The translations under genes and the position numbers were made by a program. Shown piece after piece: positions 13,031 through 29,859 of a stretch of DNA of 64,000 bases. The DNA is from Eledone cirrhosa. Lineage: Eukaryota. The notes below the pieces were generated by a model that ran no database searches, was not told the DNA's origin, and worked only from the letters and a program-made list of their open reading frames with translations. The number at the start of each line of letters is the position of its first letter. Positions within the stretch are counted from its first letter, which is position 1. The stretch lies in contig OZ024742.1 of assembly GCA_964016885.1 (NCBI GenBank), forward strand, positions 100,130,001 to 100,194,000, in the 5' to 3' direction.

Positions 13031-13830
13031 ATATATCATAAATCATGTCTTTAGAATCACTAGATATAATATATACCATTTCCTCTCCCAATTAGCATAA
13101 TTAACCATATAAAAAATCAATTAGACCAAGCTATAAGAATAAAGGCTCCTATGAAGAAATCTTCGACAAATAACCGAAAGTAGCCTCTTCGCGGTGGCCA
13201 CGATAGAGTATTTATCCAACATTTCGATAGCATGTAGAAATCGACCAGATATACCGTCAACTAAACACAATTAGGTGTAAATTCAAACTTAGAAGAAATG
13301 CGTACATACCTTAATTACCTCTACCATGGTTTCGTCCGTATTTAAAGACATCCGATAACAGGGAATGTCCAGAGCTTCGGACTCTTCAGGAGCGAACTCA
13401 AAATTAGACATTTAATTTTCCAAAGTGATCGCGCGAAAAATAGATTCAAAAATGGCTAAGAATCGTGACGTGGCAGCGGTCAAGTTAGAAAGGATGTGAT
13501 TAGTTGCTTACAGCGGGTAGGCTTATTGCTAGAAAGCGCAGCCCAATATCGCCAAATTGTATCTCGACCTAACGGGAGATTATTAAATATAAAGGTTTAC
13601 ATATATATAAAGTCATAGATATATATGTTTTGCAACCGGTCACGTTTTGGCTCAATGAAGAATTAATAAATTAAATAATCAGAGCAATATATCATAAATC
13701 ATGTCTTTAGAATCACTAGATATAATATATACCATTTCCTCTCCCAATTAGCATCATTAACCATATAAAAAATCAATTAGACCAAGCTATAAGAATAAAG
13801 GCTCCTATGAAGAAATCTTCGACAAATAAC
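13031..13830 (-). mobile_element. Non-coding hammerhead-bearing element with 144-bp direct terminal repeats (656-bp monomer)
   Basis: 13031-13174 vs 13687-13830 differ at one base; internal hammerhead on minus strand; (TA)n flanks; no ORF. Confidence 0.75.
13319..13392 (-). ncRNA. Type I minimal hammerhead ribozyme
   Basis: Minus strand: CUC-CUGAAGA-GUCCG[39 nt incl. inner hairpin]CGGAC-GAAA-C(CAUG)G-UA^GAG; full core, stems I/II paired, palindromic tetraloop in stem III. Confidence 0.8.
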
Positions 13831-13939
13831 TATATAGATATATATATATGAAGAGAGATAGAACCACATTGAGCTTGACATTTGCTTGTCATAACAATAT
13901 TAACTTGATCTTTCAAGTATTTACACTTGTTATACACAC

Positions 13940-14013
<74 letters not shown>

Positions 14014-14038
14014 TAAAGTATAGAAAGTATATATATAT

Positions 14039-14103
<65 letters not shown>

Positions 14104-14354
14104 ATGTGTGTGTGCGTGTGTGTGTGTGTGTGTGTACATATATAAAGTTTTGACTATGAAAACCTTGTTGACATCCCACAAGATCACCAACTCGTCTAGA
14201 CATAGAATTAATGACTTGTGAATATGTAGCTTGGGGTCTTTCCGACAAAGTTGGTGTAAATTATTGAGCAATTCTAATCAGGTTACTGTTTTTTTGTTTG
14301 TTTTTTTTATATATTTTAAGCAATGTATTGTCTAATATTGATTTTTAATATATG

Positions 14355-14760
14355 TACAAGGCCAGCAAATTTAGGGAAAGGGTAAATCTGATGAAGTCAA
14401 TCTCACTACTTGACTGCTAATGTATTTTATCCTCCCCAAATGGATAAAAGGCAACGTTGGTCTCAGCGGGATTTGAATCAGAATCTCAGCAGCCAATACA
14501 AATAATAGTTTCTACTTTTGGCACAAAGCCAGCAATTATCCCAGTGCATTACTGGTACTTTATTTTATCGACCCCGTAAGGATGAAAGGTAAAGTTAACC
14601 TCGGCGGAACTTGAACTCAGAACGTAAAGGGCCGTAACTCTATGCTGAAAAGCATAGCGTCCGACCCTCCAACCATACTGCCAATCCACCACCCTAGCCA
14701 ACACAAATAATGAAAGGCATTTTATCCGACGCTCTACCAACTCTCTTAATCCTCCACCTT
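14355..14760 (-). mobile_element. Young tRNA-SINE (about 14500-14700) nested in an older SINE copy
   Basis: Tail, central ttttatcgaccccgtaaggatgaaaggtaaagttaacctcggcgg and A-box complement ccatactgccaatcc, flanked by degenerate halves of a related copy. Confidence 0.75.
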
Positions 14761-15143
14761 CAGTATGAACCTACAAGTTTCATGTTAGATGACTGACTTT
14801 TTCATACGATTTTACTCCATCTATGCCCTTCATCTATGAACAAGCAGCCGTATTTTTTCTTCAATTTAACCACTTGAAAATTTTGGCATAATTCTTTCTC
14901 CGAGGATAGAAATGGATTTTTTCAAATTTAAATTTCCAAACGACTCGACCAAATCGTATCTCCCGCTGTCCCAAATACCTTTTGATAGTTTACGTAAAGT
15001 ATTTTCCAGTATTAAACACTCTGTTTTGTGATTGCTTTTGAGAGAAAAAAAGTTTAGTGCCATTTCCCCCCTCCCATATCATATATACTATTATATTATG
15101 TTATGTTAAATTACACCATATTATATCATATTATATTATATTA

Positions 15144-15370
15144 TCGATAAAATAAAGTACCAGTAATACACTGGATTAATTGCTGGCCTTGTGTCAAAAG
15201 TAGAAACAATTATATTATATTATATTATATTATATTATATTATATTATATTATATTATATATCCCGCCGAGGTTAACTTTGCCTTTCATCCTTACGGGGT
15301 CGATAAAATAAAGTACCAGTAATACACTGGGATAATTGCTGGCCTTGTGCCAAAAAAGTAGAAATAATTA
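15144..15370 (+). mobile_element. Two 5'-truncated tRNA-SINE copies in (ATATT)n
   Basis: cgataaaataaagtaccagtaatacactgg..gctggccttgtg twice, separated and flanked by ATATT repeats. Confidence 0.8.
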
Positions 15371-15429
15371 TATTATATTATATTATATTACACTATATAT
15401 GACAAAAACTTTGCAAAAATAAATAAACC

Positions 15430-16200
15430 CTAAGATATTCCGGCATATCCCTCCTCAATCTCTTCCAGATGGCAGAACCTGATGTGCTCTGGGAGCCGGA
15501 ATTACCTCTGTCTGATTGGATCGACGAAGACCTTGCTGTCTCCCAGTATATCGATGTCCAACGTAACTGGGACAACGTCAAGTCCGCCTTAAGCCAGATT
15601 GAGTTTTCCTTTGACCAACACTTCTTCATCAGTCAGTACCTTTCTTTATGATAAATGCACCCGTGCTGGAGTGACACAGCTCCGTATCCTTCGCATGTGT
15701 GGTTCACACCTATGATGTTGTTGAGAAGTTCAGTCTCCACCCGTTATCTTACCGCCTCGGTGCAGGTTGGATTCCCCGACATGCCCCTCTGAACGATATC
15801 ATCAGATGGAACAGTGAGGCAACCGGTTTCCCGTCATAATTAGAACCGGCTGACCACGACTTTGGCGATGGCAAGCACCCCGATGAATTAACCCTCTTCA
15901 CTTTTGAGGGAAGCAAATCCCTAATTTGGGACGCGACGTGCTCCGACTCATTCTTCATCTCCAACCATGTCACTTCGACCACAACCCCAAGTTTCACTGC
16001 CTACAATGCAGTGGAGAGGAAGATAGTTAAATACTGGCGCCTGACCGACCGCTTCCTCTTTGTAACAATCCCCGTCGAAACCTCTGGTATCATTGGTCCC
16101 CGCACCGCTGATTTCCAGCAGGCCGCTTTAGGAAGGAGCCCAGTGAGATGGGGTGACTGTTGTATCAAGTATTTCTAGCCATTCTCCTTTTGTCCGCGGG
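15430..16200 (+). mobile_element. CRE-clade LINE fragment (restriction-like endonuclease region), degenerate
   Basis: Plus-strand translation GWIPRHAPLNDIIR..GFPS*LEP..DGKHPDELTLFTFEGSKSLIWDATCSDSF..ERKIVKY..FVTIPVETSGIIG matches CRE RH..LND/LEP/DGKRPDG/WDAT/KY/VET.G motifs. Confidence 0.8.
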
Positions 16201-16605
16201 ACGCAGACGAAGCACCGCTCAGACTGAGACATTGTGTCTGTCCTCCCACTCTGTTGCTGATAAATTCTCTTTTCTTTTTCTTCTTCTTTGTTCTCTTTAA
16301 TAATGTTTTATTTTTGCATAAAGAGCTTTGTAAAATAAATTGGAGACTATTTGTCTCTGTGGATATATATTAGATAAATTATTTGTAAATTTAAATACGT
16401 TTTGTACAATTAAATTTCACTTACAATATTTCGTTAACCTCTCTGACATTTCAAAATCAGGAACTTCTATAAACATAGATTAAATGACTTACAACTTATA
16501 GTTTGTGTTATTTTTTAGCATGTTGGGTGTAGATTATTCCGTAATACGGATCCTAATCCTGTATTTTGCAACATTATACATAAAATATGTTCTAGCATTT
16601 ACCAT

Positions 16606-16775
16606 AGGAGGGTGGAAGGCTGGCAGTATCGGACAAAATGTTTTGCGGTATTTAATTACGTCTTTCTCCGTTCTGGGTTCATATACCACCATGCTCAACC
16701 CTCACTTTCATCTTCACGGTGTTGATAAAATAAAGACCCAGTCAAGTACTAGGGTCGTTTTGATTTATTTGTCTC
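16606..16775 (+). mobile_element. Degenerate tRNA-SINE
   Basis: tggcagtatcgg A box, gggttcatat B-box remnant, ctttcatcttcacggtgttgataaaataaag. Confidence 0.65.
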
Positions 16776-17849
16776 CTATGTCAATATTATAAAAAAGTAT
16801 TAACTATACGAGTTCGGGAGATTGAATGGTCCCAAAAAAGTATTTGATAAGATTTCGTTCCTCTCATCTTTTAGTCATTATTAAGGTATCTTTGGTCCTC
16901 CATCTTCCATGTCCAGCCGCTCTTTTTGTTTCGTTTCCTCTCGGATTTGCAACATAAGAATATTGGCAGATTTCAATGATAGAAATATGTTTTTAATTTA
17001 AGCAATGTTGTCTCGAAGACCGAGATAGAGCGCAAATGTATTAGAATTCATAGAATAATGAGAAAAACCTAATGTAAGAATAACTGTTAAAATTACTTCA
17101 AAGGATAGAAATATGTGGCCAGAAGTGTGTTGGCCCACAGAAGTGATAGGACGAAGAAAAGAAAAGAAAAATGAACGAAGCAAAATCACACACACCAAAC
17201 ACACACACATATTCTTTGATCCCTTCAGCTCTCAGACATGCTGTGGTTTAGCACGATTTAATTGAGAGTACCACATAACATTGCTGGCTCGTGCAACAAA
17301 AAATAAATATTTCTGTTGGTATGATGTGTGCGCGATAAAACAAATTAGATAGTCAGACAAACACATGAGAGAGAGGGAAGTAAAGTGCATCCTCTCGACA
17401 CTATATCGGCACTAGAAAGTATAACAAAAGCCCTGGGACGGCGGAAGTGACAAGCAGGAACTGCAGGTAGGAGAAGAGAGAAGAGAAGATCGGGGGACAG
17501 AGGGAAAGGATGGAAGAAGATATTAGCTTTCTATTTCAGAGAGATACCATGGCTTGACGTTCGTTGGTCCCTTTCTTTCTTTTTTCCCCCACCCCTCGCT
17601 CTTCCCTTCACCCTCTTGCTGCTTCTTTTCTTTTTCCTCTTCTTCCGTCTCTTTTCTTTTCTTCTTCTTCCGTCCTTTCTCCCTCATCCCACTCTTCTCG
17701 TCTCGTTACTTTGATTAAGTTTGATAGGTTTCTGACAGTATGGCCCAAGCCATGTCTAACTCAATAGCACACCTGGGATTAGACCACTAATTCTTCTTTT
17801 AGTCATAGTTTGAAAAAGATTCCTTCTAGCTGTGACTACATTGTGTTGT

Positions 17850-18440
17850 AGAATAGGCAGATATGATAGAATAGTGGAATACGTGGATATTGCGGCAGAT
17901 TAGAAGAATAGATAGGTATGATAGTAGAATAGAGGAGTATGTAGATATTGCGTCAGAATAAAAGAACAGGTAGGTATGATAGAAGAATAGAGGAATATGT
18001 AGGTGTTATACCAGAATAGAAGAATAGGTAGGTGTGATGGCAGCAATAAGTAGACATGGTATCAGAATAAATGAATATAGAAAAGTCTAGTCAGAATAAA
18101 GGAATATGGAGATATGACGTCAAAATAAGGGATCGTAGGGAAATTGTGTCAGAATGGAGGAATGTAGAGAATCGGTGTTGGAATAGAGGAATAGGTAGAA
18201 ATGTTGTAAGGAAGGAGGAAAACGGAGAAATAGTGTCTGAATAAAGGAATACGGAGAAATAGTGTCACAATATATAGGGCTATGAGGAAGGGTGTCGGAA
18301 TAGAGCGATAGGTAGATATTATGTCGGAATAGTGGAATAGGTAGACATGATGTCAGAATAGAGGAATGGATAAATAATATACTAGACTAGACAAATAGGT
18401 AGATTTGTTAGCAGAATAGAGGAATAAATAAATAGACATG
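17850..18440. repeat. Degenerate ~29-30-bp purine-rich minisatellite
   Basis: Recurrent gtagatatgatgtcagaatagaggaata(g/t). Confidence 0.75.
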
Positions 18441-18664
18441 GGTGGAGGATAATCATAGATGAAAGGAGTATGCATTCTCCGTCGGTTTCGACGATGAGCA
18501 ATCATTTGTACGATGGACAGAACGACCTGTTCAATAATTAACGTGCAACTGGTTGAATATTCCAAATACACATGTACCCATCATGTAATTAATTCCCAAA
18601 CAGAATCAGTGTGACAAAATATGTGATAAGAGAGTGCCTTTGATTTACAGTTACAATCTACTAA

Positions 18665-19000
18665 GTGTGCTTTCATACAGTTTCCGTCTATTGAATTCCA
18701 CACACAAGGCCTGGATCAACCTAAGGCCATACTAAAGACACTTACCCAACAGTTCAAATGGTTTGATCGAACCCGGTATATCATGATTGCGAAGAGACAG
18801 TCTTAACTCACCAGTCATGCCTTCAGCAACTGAGTGGTTTTACAATAAAGTATGCTGATCATATCAAAAGACATATTCATTTAGATAAAACTTTGGTTAA
18901 ACTGAGGCCTGTGGTAATCAACACTTTCCCAAGATGACACACAGTAAGAACAAACCAGTGAGCTCATGATTGCGAAGAGAACTTATTAACCAGTCAGCCA
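18665..19000 (-). mobile_element. Two degenerate tandem tRNA-SINE heads
   Basis: Twice acactt.ccca....catgattgcgaagaga..cttaac.cagtca(t/g)gcc. Confidence 0.55.
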
Positions 19001-19269
19001 TATTGGGAAGTGTATATAATGCTTAAAACGAGGATATAATTGCGATTAGATGTACGTACACTAAGTGAATAGACAGGGAGTGTAACTGACTAAAGTACAT
19101 TCAACATACTTTAAGAATATAGGAATAAATAAACAATAAATATAAGTATCAACTAAAAGGGTGAAATGTACGTATGTGTTAGTGTACGTGTTTGTAGGTG
19201 TTGAAGAGCGTGTGTATGAATACATTAAAGTATATACATATATGGATGTCAGAAACTCTGAATGCCAAT

Positions 19270-21252
<1,983 letters not shown>

Positions 21253-21255
<3 letters not shown>

Positions 21256-21452
21256 CGAAGGAAATGTGGTAAGGAACCAGGTGGACCATAACGCACCAAA
21301 GTACTCAATACTTAGGGTAGTAGAGTGGGTAATAGGAACGAGTAGGACCCCGACGGCTGAGCTCAAGCCGTTTCGACGGCTAATTCTGGACCAGACAGGA
21401 CAGAATTAGCCGTCGAAACGGCTTGAGCTCAGCCGTAGGGGTCCTACTCGTT

Positions 21453-21457
<5 letters not shown>
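21253..21457. mobile_element. Fold-back element, same family as 1962-2188, opposite orientation
   Basis: Tail is the reverse complement of 2110-2188; palindrome 21332-21457. Confidence 0.8.
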
Positions 21458-21509
<52 letters not shown>

Positions 21510-21535
21510 AGAAAGAGAGAACCACATTGAATATA

Positions 21536-21745
21536 TATAGGAAAATGTATGACCTCGACGGCAGAGCTCAAGCCGTTTCAACGGCTATTCCTGGACACCT
21601 AGAAATAGCCGTCGAAATGTCTTGAGCTCTGCCGTCAGGGTCATACATTTTTATATTACCCACTCTACTACCCTAAGTATTGTGTACTCTGGTGCGTTAT
21701 GGTCCACCTGGTTCCTTACCACATTTCCTTACCACATTGCCTTCG

Positions 21746-21748
<3 letters not shown>
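21536..21748. mobile_element. Fold-back element, diverged subfamily
   Basis: aaaatgtatgacctcgacggcagagctcaag..cttgagctctgccgtcagggtcatacatttt plus the family tail. Confidence 0.75.
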
Positions 21749-21795
<47 letters not shown>

Positions 21796-22259
21796 CTGTG
21801 TGTAAGTATGTTTATGTTTTTTTATTCCATGGGGCCAAGATTTCAGTTTTGTTACGCCGGAGTTTCGCCTGTTAATTCACAGGGTCATCAGGCGTACATA
21901 CATATATAAATACATATATATATACATATATAAATACATATATATACATATATAAAACTGGTTCTGTGCACATACGTTCGCTTTCATTCGTATACATACA
22001 CAAGAGATATACACAACCTAAACGTACACAAATATCACAACTCCCTTTCTCTCTCTGTCTCTCTCTCTCACCCTCTCTCACTCTCTATCTCTCTCACCCT
22101 ATCTCTCTCTCTCTCTCCCTCTCTCTCTCTCACCCTATCTCTCTCTCTTACCCTATCTCTCTCTCTCACCCTTTCTCTCTCTCTCTCTCTCCTCTCTCTA
22201 CATAATTCCAGTACATTATAGAAAATAGATTGAATCGAACATATTGACATAATTCTTTG

Positions 22260-22663
22260 TTGTTTGACGTAAGTGATGATGATGATGGTTGTAAAAATGG
22301 CGGTAGAGGTGGTGGTGGTAGTGGTGGTGGTGGTAGTGGTGGTGGTAGTGGTGGTGGTAGTGGTGGTCGTGGTGCTGCTGCTGATAATGTTGGTTATGAT
22401 GATGATGATGATGTTTATGATGATGATGGCGGTGGTTAGGATACTGCTTCCGTTTCCGATGAGGTTGATGTTGGTATTGCTGCTGCTGTGTTTCCTGTTT
22501 CTGTGTTGCTGTGGTTGTTCTTGTTGTTCTTCTTGTTATTGTTGCTGCTGTTGTTGATATTGTTGTGGTTGTTGTTTGTTGTTGCTGCTGCCGTTGTTGT
22601 TCTGTTGCCATGATTCTTGTGATTGTTGTTGTTGTTATTGTTGTTGCTGTTGTTGTTGTTGTT

Positions 22664-22734
<71 letters not shown>

Positions 22735-25020
22735 GATCGGTAGTGGAAGTAATGCGGGCGGTGGTGTTGTTACTGATGTTGTTGTTTCTGTTTTGTTGTT
22801 GTTGCTACTGTTGTTATTATTCTTGTTACTGCTGCTGTTGTTACTGTTGTTGTCACTGCTGCTGTTGTTGTTGTTACTGCTGTTGTTGCTGTTACTGCTG
22901 TTGTTGTTGTTACTGCTGTTGTTGTTGTTACTGCTGTTTTTTTTACTGCTGTTGTTGTTGTTATTACTTGTTGTTGTTGTTACTGCTGCTGTTGTTACTG
23001 CTGTTGTTGTTGTTACTGCTGTTGTTGTTACTGTTGTTGTCACTGCTGCTGTTGTTGTTGTTGTTGTTACTGCTGCTGTTGTTACTGCTGTTGTTGCTGT
23101 TACTGCTGTTGTTGTTGTTACTGCTGTTGTTTTTACTGTTGTTGTTGTTGTTACAGCTGTTTTTGTTGTTGTTGTTACTGTTGTTGTTGTTACTGTTGTT
23201 TTTGTTACTGCTGTTGTTGTTGTTGTTACTGCTGCTGTTGTTACTGCTGTTGTTGTTACTGCTGTTGTTGTTACTACTGTTGTTTTTACTGCTGTTGTTG
23301 TTGTTACTGCTGTTGTTGTTGTTACTGCTGTTGTTGTTGTTACTGCCGTTGTTGTTACTGCTGTTGTTGTTACTGCTGTTGTTGTTACTGCTGTTGTTGT
23401 TGTTACTGCTGTTGTTTTTACTGCTGCTGTTGTTGCTACTGTTGTTATTGTTCTTGTTACAGCTGCTGTTCTTGTTACTGCTGTTGTTACTGCTGTTGTT
23501 GTTGTTGTTACTGTTGTTGTTGTTACTGTTGATGTTGTTGTTACTGTTGTTGTTGTTGTTACTGTTGTTGTTGTTGTTGTTACTGCTGTTGTTGTTACTG
23601 TTGTTGTTGTTGTTACTGTTGTTGTTACTGTTGTTGTTGTTACTGCTGTTGTTGTTACTGCTGTTGTTGTTACTGCTGTTGTTGTTGTTGTTACTGCTGT
23701 TGTTGTTACTGCTGTTGTTGTTACTGTTGTTGTTGTTACTGTTGTTGTTAGTGCTGTTGTTGTTACTGCTGTTGTTGTTACTGCTGTTGTTGTTATGTTG
23801 GTGCTGTTATTGTTATAGTTGTTGTTGTTATGTTGTTTCTGTTATTGTTGTAGCTGTTGTCATTGTTATGTTGTTGCTGTTATAATTGCTGTTGTTGCTT
23901 GTTGTTTCTGTTATTGTTGTATTTGTTGTTGTTGTTGTGTTGTTTCTGTAATTATTGTAGTTTTTGTTGTTATGTTGCTTTTGTAGTAGTTGTTATTTTT
24001 ATTGTTACCTTTGTTTTTTTATTGCTACATTTATTTATTATTGCTCATTGTTGTTGTTGTTGTTATTGTGTTGTTATTGTTGTTGTTGCTGCTGCTGTTA
24101 TTTTATTTTGTTTTTATTTGTTTACAGTATTATTATTACTGTTCTTGTAGCGGATTTAGCCATTTTATGTTGTTGTTTTTATAACTGTTGTTAGTGTTGT
24201 TGGGTTATTTCGTTGTTGTTGCTGTGCTAGTGTTGTTATTGTTGTTGTTGCTGATGTGCTACTGCTGCTATTGTCGTTGTTGTTGCTGTGCTTCTGTTGT
24301 TATCGTTGTTATTGTTGCTGTGCTACTGTTGTTATTGTTGTTATTGTTGCTGTGCTACTGTTGTTATTGTTGTTATTGTTGCTGTGCTACTGTTGTTATC
24401 GTTGTTATTGTTGTTACTGTTGCTATTTTTTTTGTTGTTGCTCTTGTTGGTTTTGTTATTGTTGCTGCTGTGTTAGTGCTCTTAGTGTGGTTGTTGTTGC
24501 TCTTGTTGGTTTTGTTGTTGTTGTTGTTGCTGTGCTAGTGTTGTTGTTGCTCTTGTTGGTTTTGTTGTTGTTGTTGTGCTAATGTTGTTATTGTTGTTGT
24601 TGCTCTTGTTGGTTTTGTTGTTGTTGTTGTTGTTGTTGTTGTTGCTGTGCTAGTGTTGTTATTGTTGTTATTACTCTTGTTGGTTTTGTTGTTGTTGCTG
24701 TGCTAGTGTTGTTATTGTTGTTGTTGCTCTTGTTGGTTTTGTTGTTGCTGTTGCTGTGCTACTGTTGTTATTGTTGTTGTTGTTGTTGTTGTTGTTGCTG
24801 TGCAACTGTCGTTATTGTTGTTATTGTTGTTGTTGCTGTTGTTGATCTCATTCTGGGTTTTCCATCACCTTACCTATATATATTTGCCCTTATCGTTGCC
24901 GTTGCAATTTTATTTTTTCATCGATGATGTTGTTGTTGTTTTTGTTGACATTGACTTTTTCTACTTTTTTTATTGATTATGTTGTTATTATTGTTATTGG
25001 TGTTGTTATTATTGTTGTCA
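22260..25020. repeat. Long trinucleotide low-complexity array (GTT/GCT/ACT/ATT)
   Basis: Direct reading; core unit (gtt)n-act-gct. Confidence 0.92.
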
Positions 25021-25138
25021 TTTCTGTTACATTCATATATATACATATATCAGTATGTGTACATTCCCACACGCGTACACATACACATATATACATGCAC
25101 ATATAGACATATATATATATATATATGTACACACACAC

Positions 25139-25189
<51 letters not shown>

Positions 25190-25190
25190 A

Positions 25191-25294
<104 letters not shown>

Positions 25295-25425
25295 GTGTAT
25301 GTATATATACATACATATATATGTATGTATTTATATATATATGTATGTATATATATATACATATATATGTATGTATTTATATATATATGTATATGTAATA
25401 TATATATATATATATATGTATATAC

Positions 25426-25533
<108 letters not shown>

Positions 25534-25593
25534 CTATATGTGTATGTGTTTGTATATATGTGTATGTGAACGCGTGTATGTGAACGCGTGTTG

Positions 25594-25744
<151 letters not shown>

Positions 25745-25897
25745 TGTCTGTGTGTCTGTCTGTGTGTCTGTGTGAACGTATATACATTTTTTTTTTCATG
25801 TTCATGCAGCTCTTGTTTACATCAAATGTTCCACGATAAAAATATCTTCAATAGGTTTAACATCGATCTTCCTTTTCCAACAGTAACCATGCCTATA

Positions 25898-25955
<58 letters not shown>

Positions 25956-25961
25956 GCACAC

Positions 25962-26086
<125 letters not shown>

Positions 26087-26875
26087 GAGAGAGAAGGGGG
26101 GTCGGACTTGCAGGTTACTTGATCTGAGACCCTGTATTGAAACTAAAGCAATTGCATCCTGGATGAATTATTTTAACCATTTAAAATGCACTCAATAACT
26201 GTCAGCTTTAATACTTTATATATTTCATGACGTGAATTTTTTCGTCGCGCTGTCTGTGGCCTTGTCACTAACATATGTTCACTGTAATTCTGTTTGTGTG
26301 TAGAATTATTTTTATATAGGTGTCCTTATGTCTAACTATATGTTTCATTTTGTAGTTGCAAATATCTGTACATATATACCTGTGTATAAGTAGGATATTT
26401 AATCTATTACCAGGTATATCAAAACTCCCTGGCTCATTCATGTTTTTAATAGAGTTCACTCTGTTGCAGATATTTGGAATAGTTCTTGGGTTTGGAAACA
26501 ATTTATGCCTTTCGTCCCATCAATCTTGGAAAAGTTTCATAAACACTGCCTTATCCTCCTTGACCAAACAGCAAAAAATTATGAATATGTGTACAAAATT
26601 ACACTGGAATACCTTTCCAAATGTATCTTTTCAATGAGGGATCACGTGTGGTTAAAGAATAGCACAAGGTAAGCCCAACATTTACATCTGTAATTTTATG
26701 TGTCAATTTGCAGCAAACATGACAAACATATTCCTGTATGGAAACCTTCCAAATGAAAGTGAGATCAATGAATCGATTCTGTCTATGAGGATATTATCCT
26801 CGACATCCAGAAGAGGAACTACCAAAGCTTGTCCTGTAGAATATATGCTATATGCTACTGAATGAGACAGCATGT

Positions 26876-27137
26876 TGTACATTTTATATCTCCATAGTTA
26901 ATTCAGCTGACAATTAATGTTTATTATTGATTGACCAACGGTTAAAAATATAGATATAAATATATATATATATAATCTCTCAAAATTCTTTCATCACACA
27001 CCTGTGACATCATCAGTGGTACTATTATGTTTCCTCCCATTGTAGATATGTATTTACATCTATATTTTTAACCGTTGGTCAATCAATGATGAACATTAAT
27101 AGCCAAATAAATTAACTATGGTGATATAAAATATACA
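26876..27137. repeat. ~85-bp imperfect inverted repeat (MITE- or PLE-like fold-back)
   Basis: ttgattgaccaacggttaaaaatatagat vs atctatatttttaaccgttggtcaatcaa, extending to tgtacattttatatc/gatataaaatataca. Confidence 0.75.
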
Positions 27138-27232
27138 GAAGCGAAAACCAATCCAAACTAAACACTGGGTGTGTTTTATTTGTATTTCTGGCAATATTAT
27201 ATCAATATGACACTCCCCAAATATAAAAATAG

Positions 27233-27409
<177 letters not shown>

Positions 27410-27829
27410 TGTGGTTCTGTTGTTATTTATAGTTAAACAAATATTCCTCCAAGAATCAGGATCTATAGAAATAATCTATATATTTAACAATGAACTAGTC
27501 TTGTGGGAGTCGTATGAATTCTACGTTTTATTTTGGTGCATAAATGTATATATGTTCATAAACATTGTTTCATTTTCTTAAAGATTTTTATGAGAATGAG
27601 TTAAACAACAGATTGATTTTGTTGAGACATTAGTGTTATTGTTAGTAATAATATAAATATTAATATATAACTTAGTAGATATAAATTTGAGATCCGCATT
27701 GGATATAATATATAACTGAAAGCCTCATAGTATAGAATGCTTTTCATAAATGTCTTCCCTCGTAATTTTCTCTCGCTAGTTATTCTGCATAAACTTATCA
27801 CCAAACGTTAATGGTTTCTGAACATTATA

Positions 27830-28150
27830 AAAAGGAGATAAGAGAGTCGCTTCAGGTAGAGCCACTACTACTTCGAATTGAGAGATCACAGTTCCGATAT
27901 TACAAGCATGTTGTTAGAAAGCCCCGGGAAAGAACACCAGGACCGATTTTAGGAGCAAAACCAGCCGACAGGAGACCCAGGGCTGGATCCAGAGCATGAT
28001 GGTTGAATAACATCCATGAGCTCGGCTGGTCTCACTTGGTGATCCAGCCGGATCTGTTGGAGTTGGTTGCATCTGACTGGACCCGTTGGAAAGGTTGTTT
28101 GATGAGTCTGTCCCCACGACCCTCTCAGGAATAAGTGGGCAACGTAGAAA
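27830..28150 (+). mobile_element. RTE-clade (Expander/Rex3-like) LINE 3' fragment
   Basis: EIRESLQVEPLLLRIERSQFRYYKHVVRKP..RRPRAGSRA*W resembles the RTE C-terminus VEPLLLRIERSQLRW.GH..RM..GRRPRGRPR.RW. Confidence 0.8.
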
Positions 28151-28509
28151 ATGAGAACACAATAAGATCGGAGAATCGATTAAAGATGTTTATAATTTTT
28201 TTTAATTTACGAGGAAATTCTTATTTTCTGGCATGCTTACATGCCTCCAATTAGACATGTGTATATAATTATACACTTTGATGCAGTTTCGGTTCAACAC
28301 AAATGATAATTATATGCAAATTAGTATGTCCATTTCAGTATATTGTTAAGAGCGAATGGCGATTTATACCCATCAAATACGTGCATCTTGTAGTTCATTG
28401 GTTGATGTACACGTTTTCTGATGAAGGTTGATAATATCTAAAACTCGATTAAGAATTTCGTATTTTCTGGCATGTTTCCATGCCTCTACGTTGGTGCAGC
28501 CTCGATTAC

Positions 28510-29240
<731 letters not shown>

Positions 29241-29580
29241 AGAGAGAGAGAGTTTGTATGTGTGTGTATACATAATATTTTCTTTCATATTCACACATAA
29301 TGTACATTTATCAAATAGATTTAAAGGTTAAGCAAGTTTTTTCATCTCTTCTCTCTTATAAAATTGTAGTAATTCAATGTTAAACTGTTTAGGTTTTTAA
29401 AATGTTTCTCCAAATAAAGGCCAGACAAGAACTATTGAAGTAAAAATTGTTTAGTCTGACATTTCTCTCAGCCGTTTTGCGGGATTTTTCTCTCTTCAAC
29501 ATAGAATATACAAAATATATATGATAAAAACTACGTATAGCTGCATATAATATATACATTAAAAAAATATATGATTATAC

Positions 29581-29631
<51 letters not shown>

Positions 29632-29762
29632 GAGAGAGAGAGGGAGATGCATATATATATATGTTTATATATTATATTCGTCATACCAAAGTGGTCTTTC
29701 AGCCCTCGTAATTTTAAACACATATTTTACTGTGTTTATATATATATATATATATATGTGTG

Positions 29763-29839
<77 letters not shown>

Positions 29840-29859
29840 CTGCGTGTGCGAGTTCGTGA

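Noticed and set aside
17430-17475. GCGGAAGTG ETS-like site followed by CAG|GTAGG, possible first exon
   Set aside because: Short motifs expected by chance; no supporting promoter context
22216-24927. Long poly-V/L/T/C ORFs (up to 435 aa) resembling mucins or antifreeze proteins
   Set aside because: Trinucleotide array open in several frames on both strands; no splice or signal context
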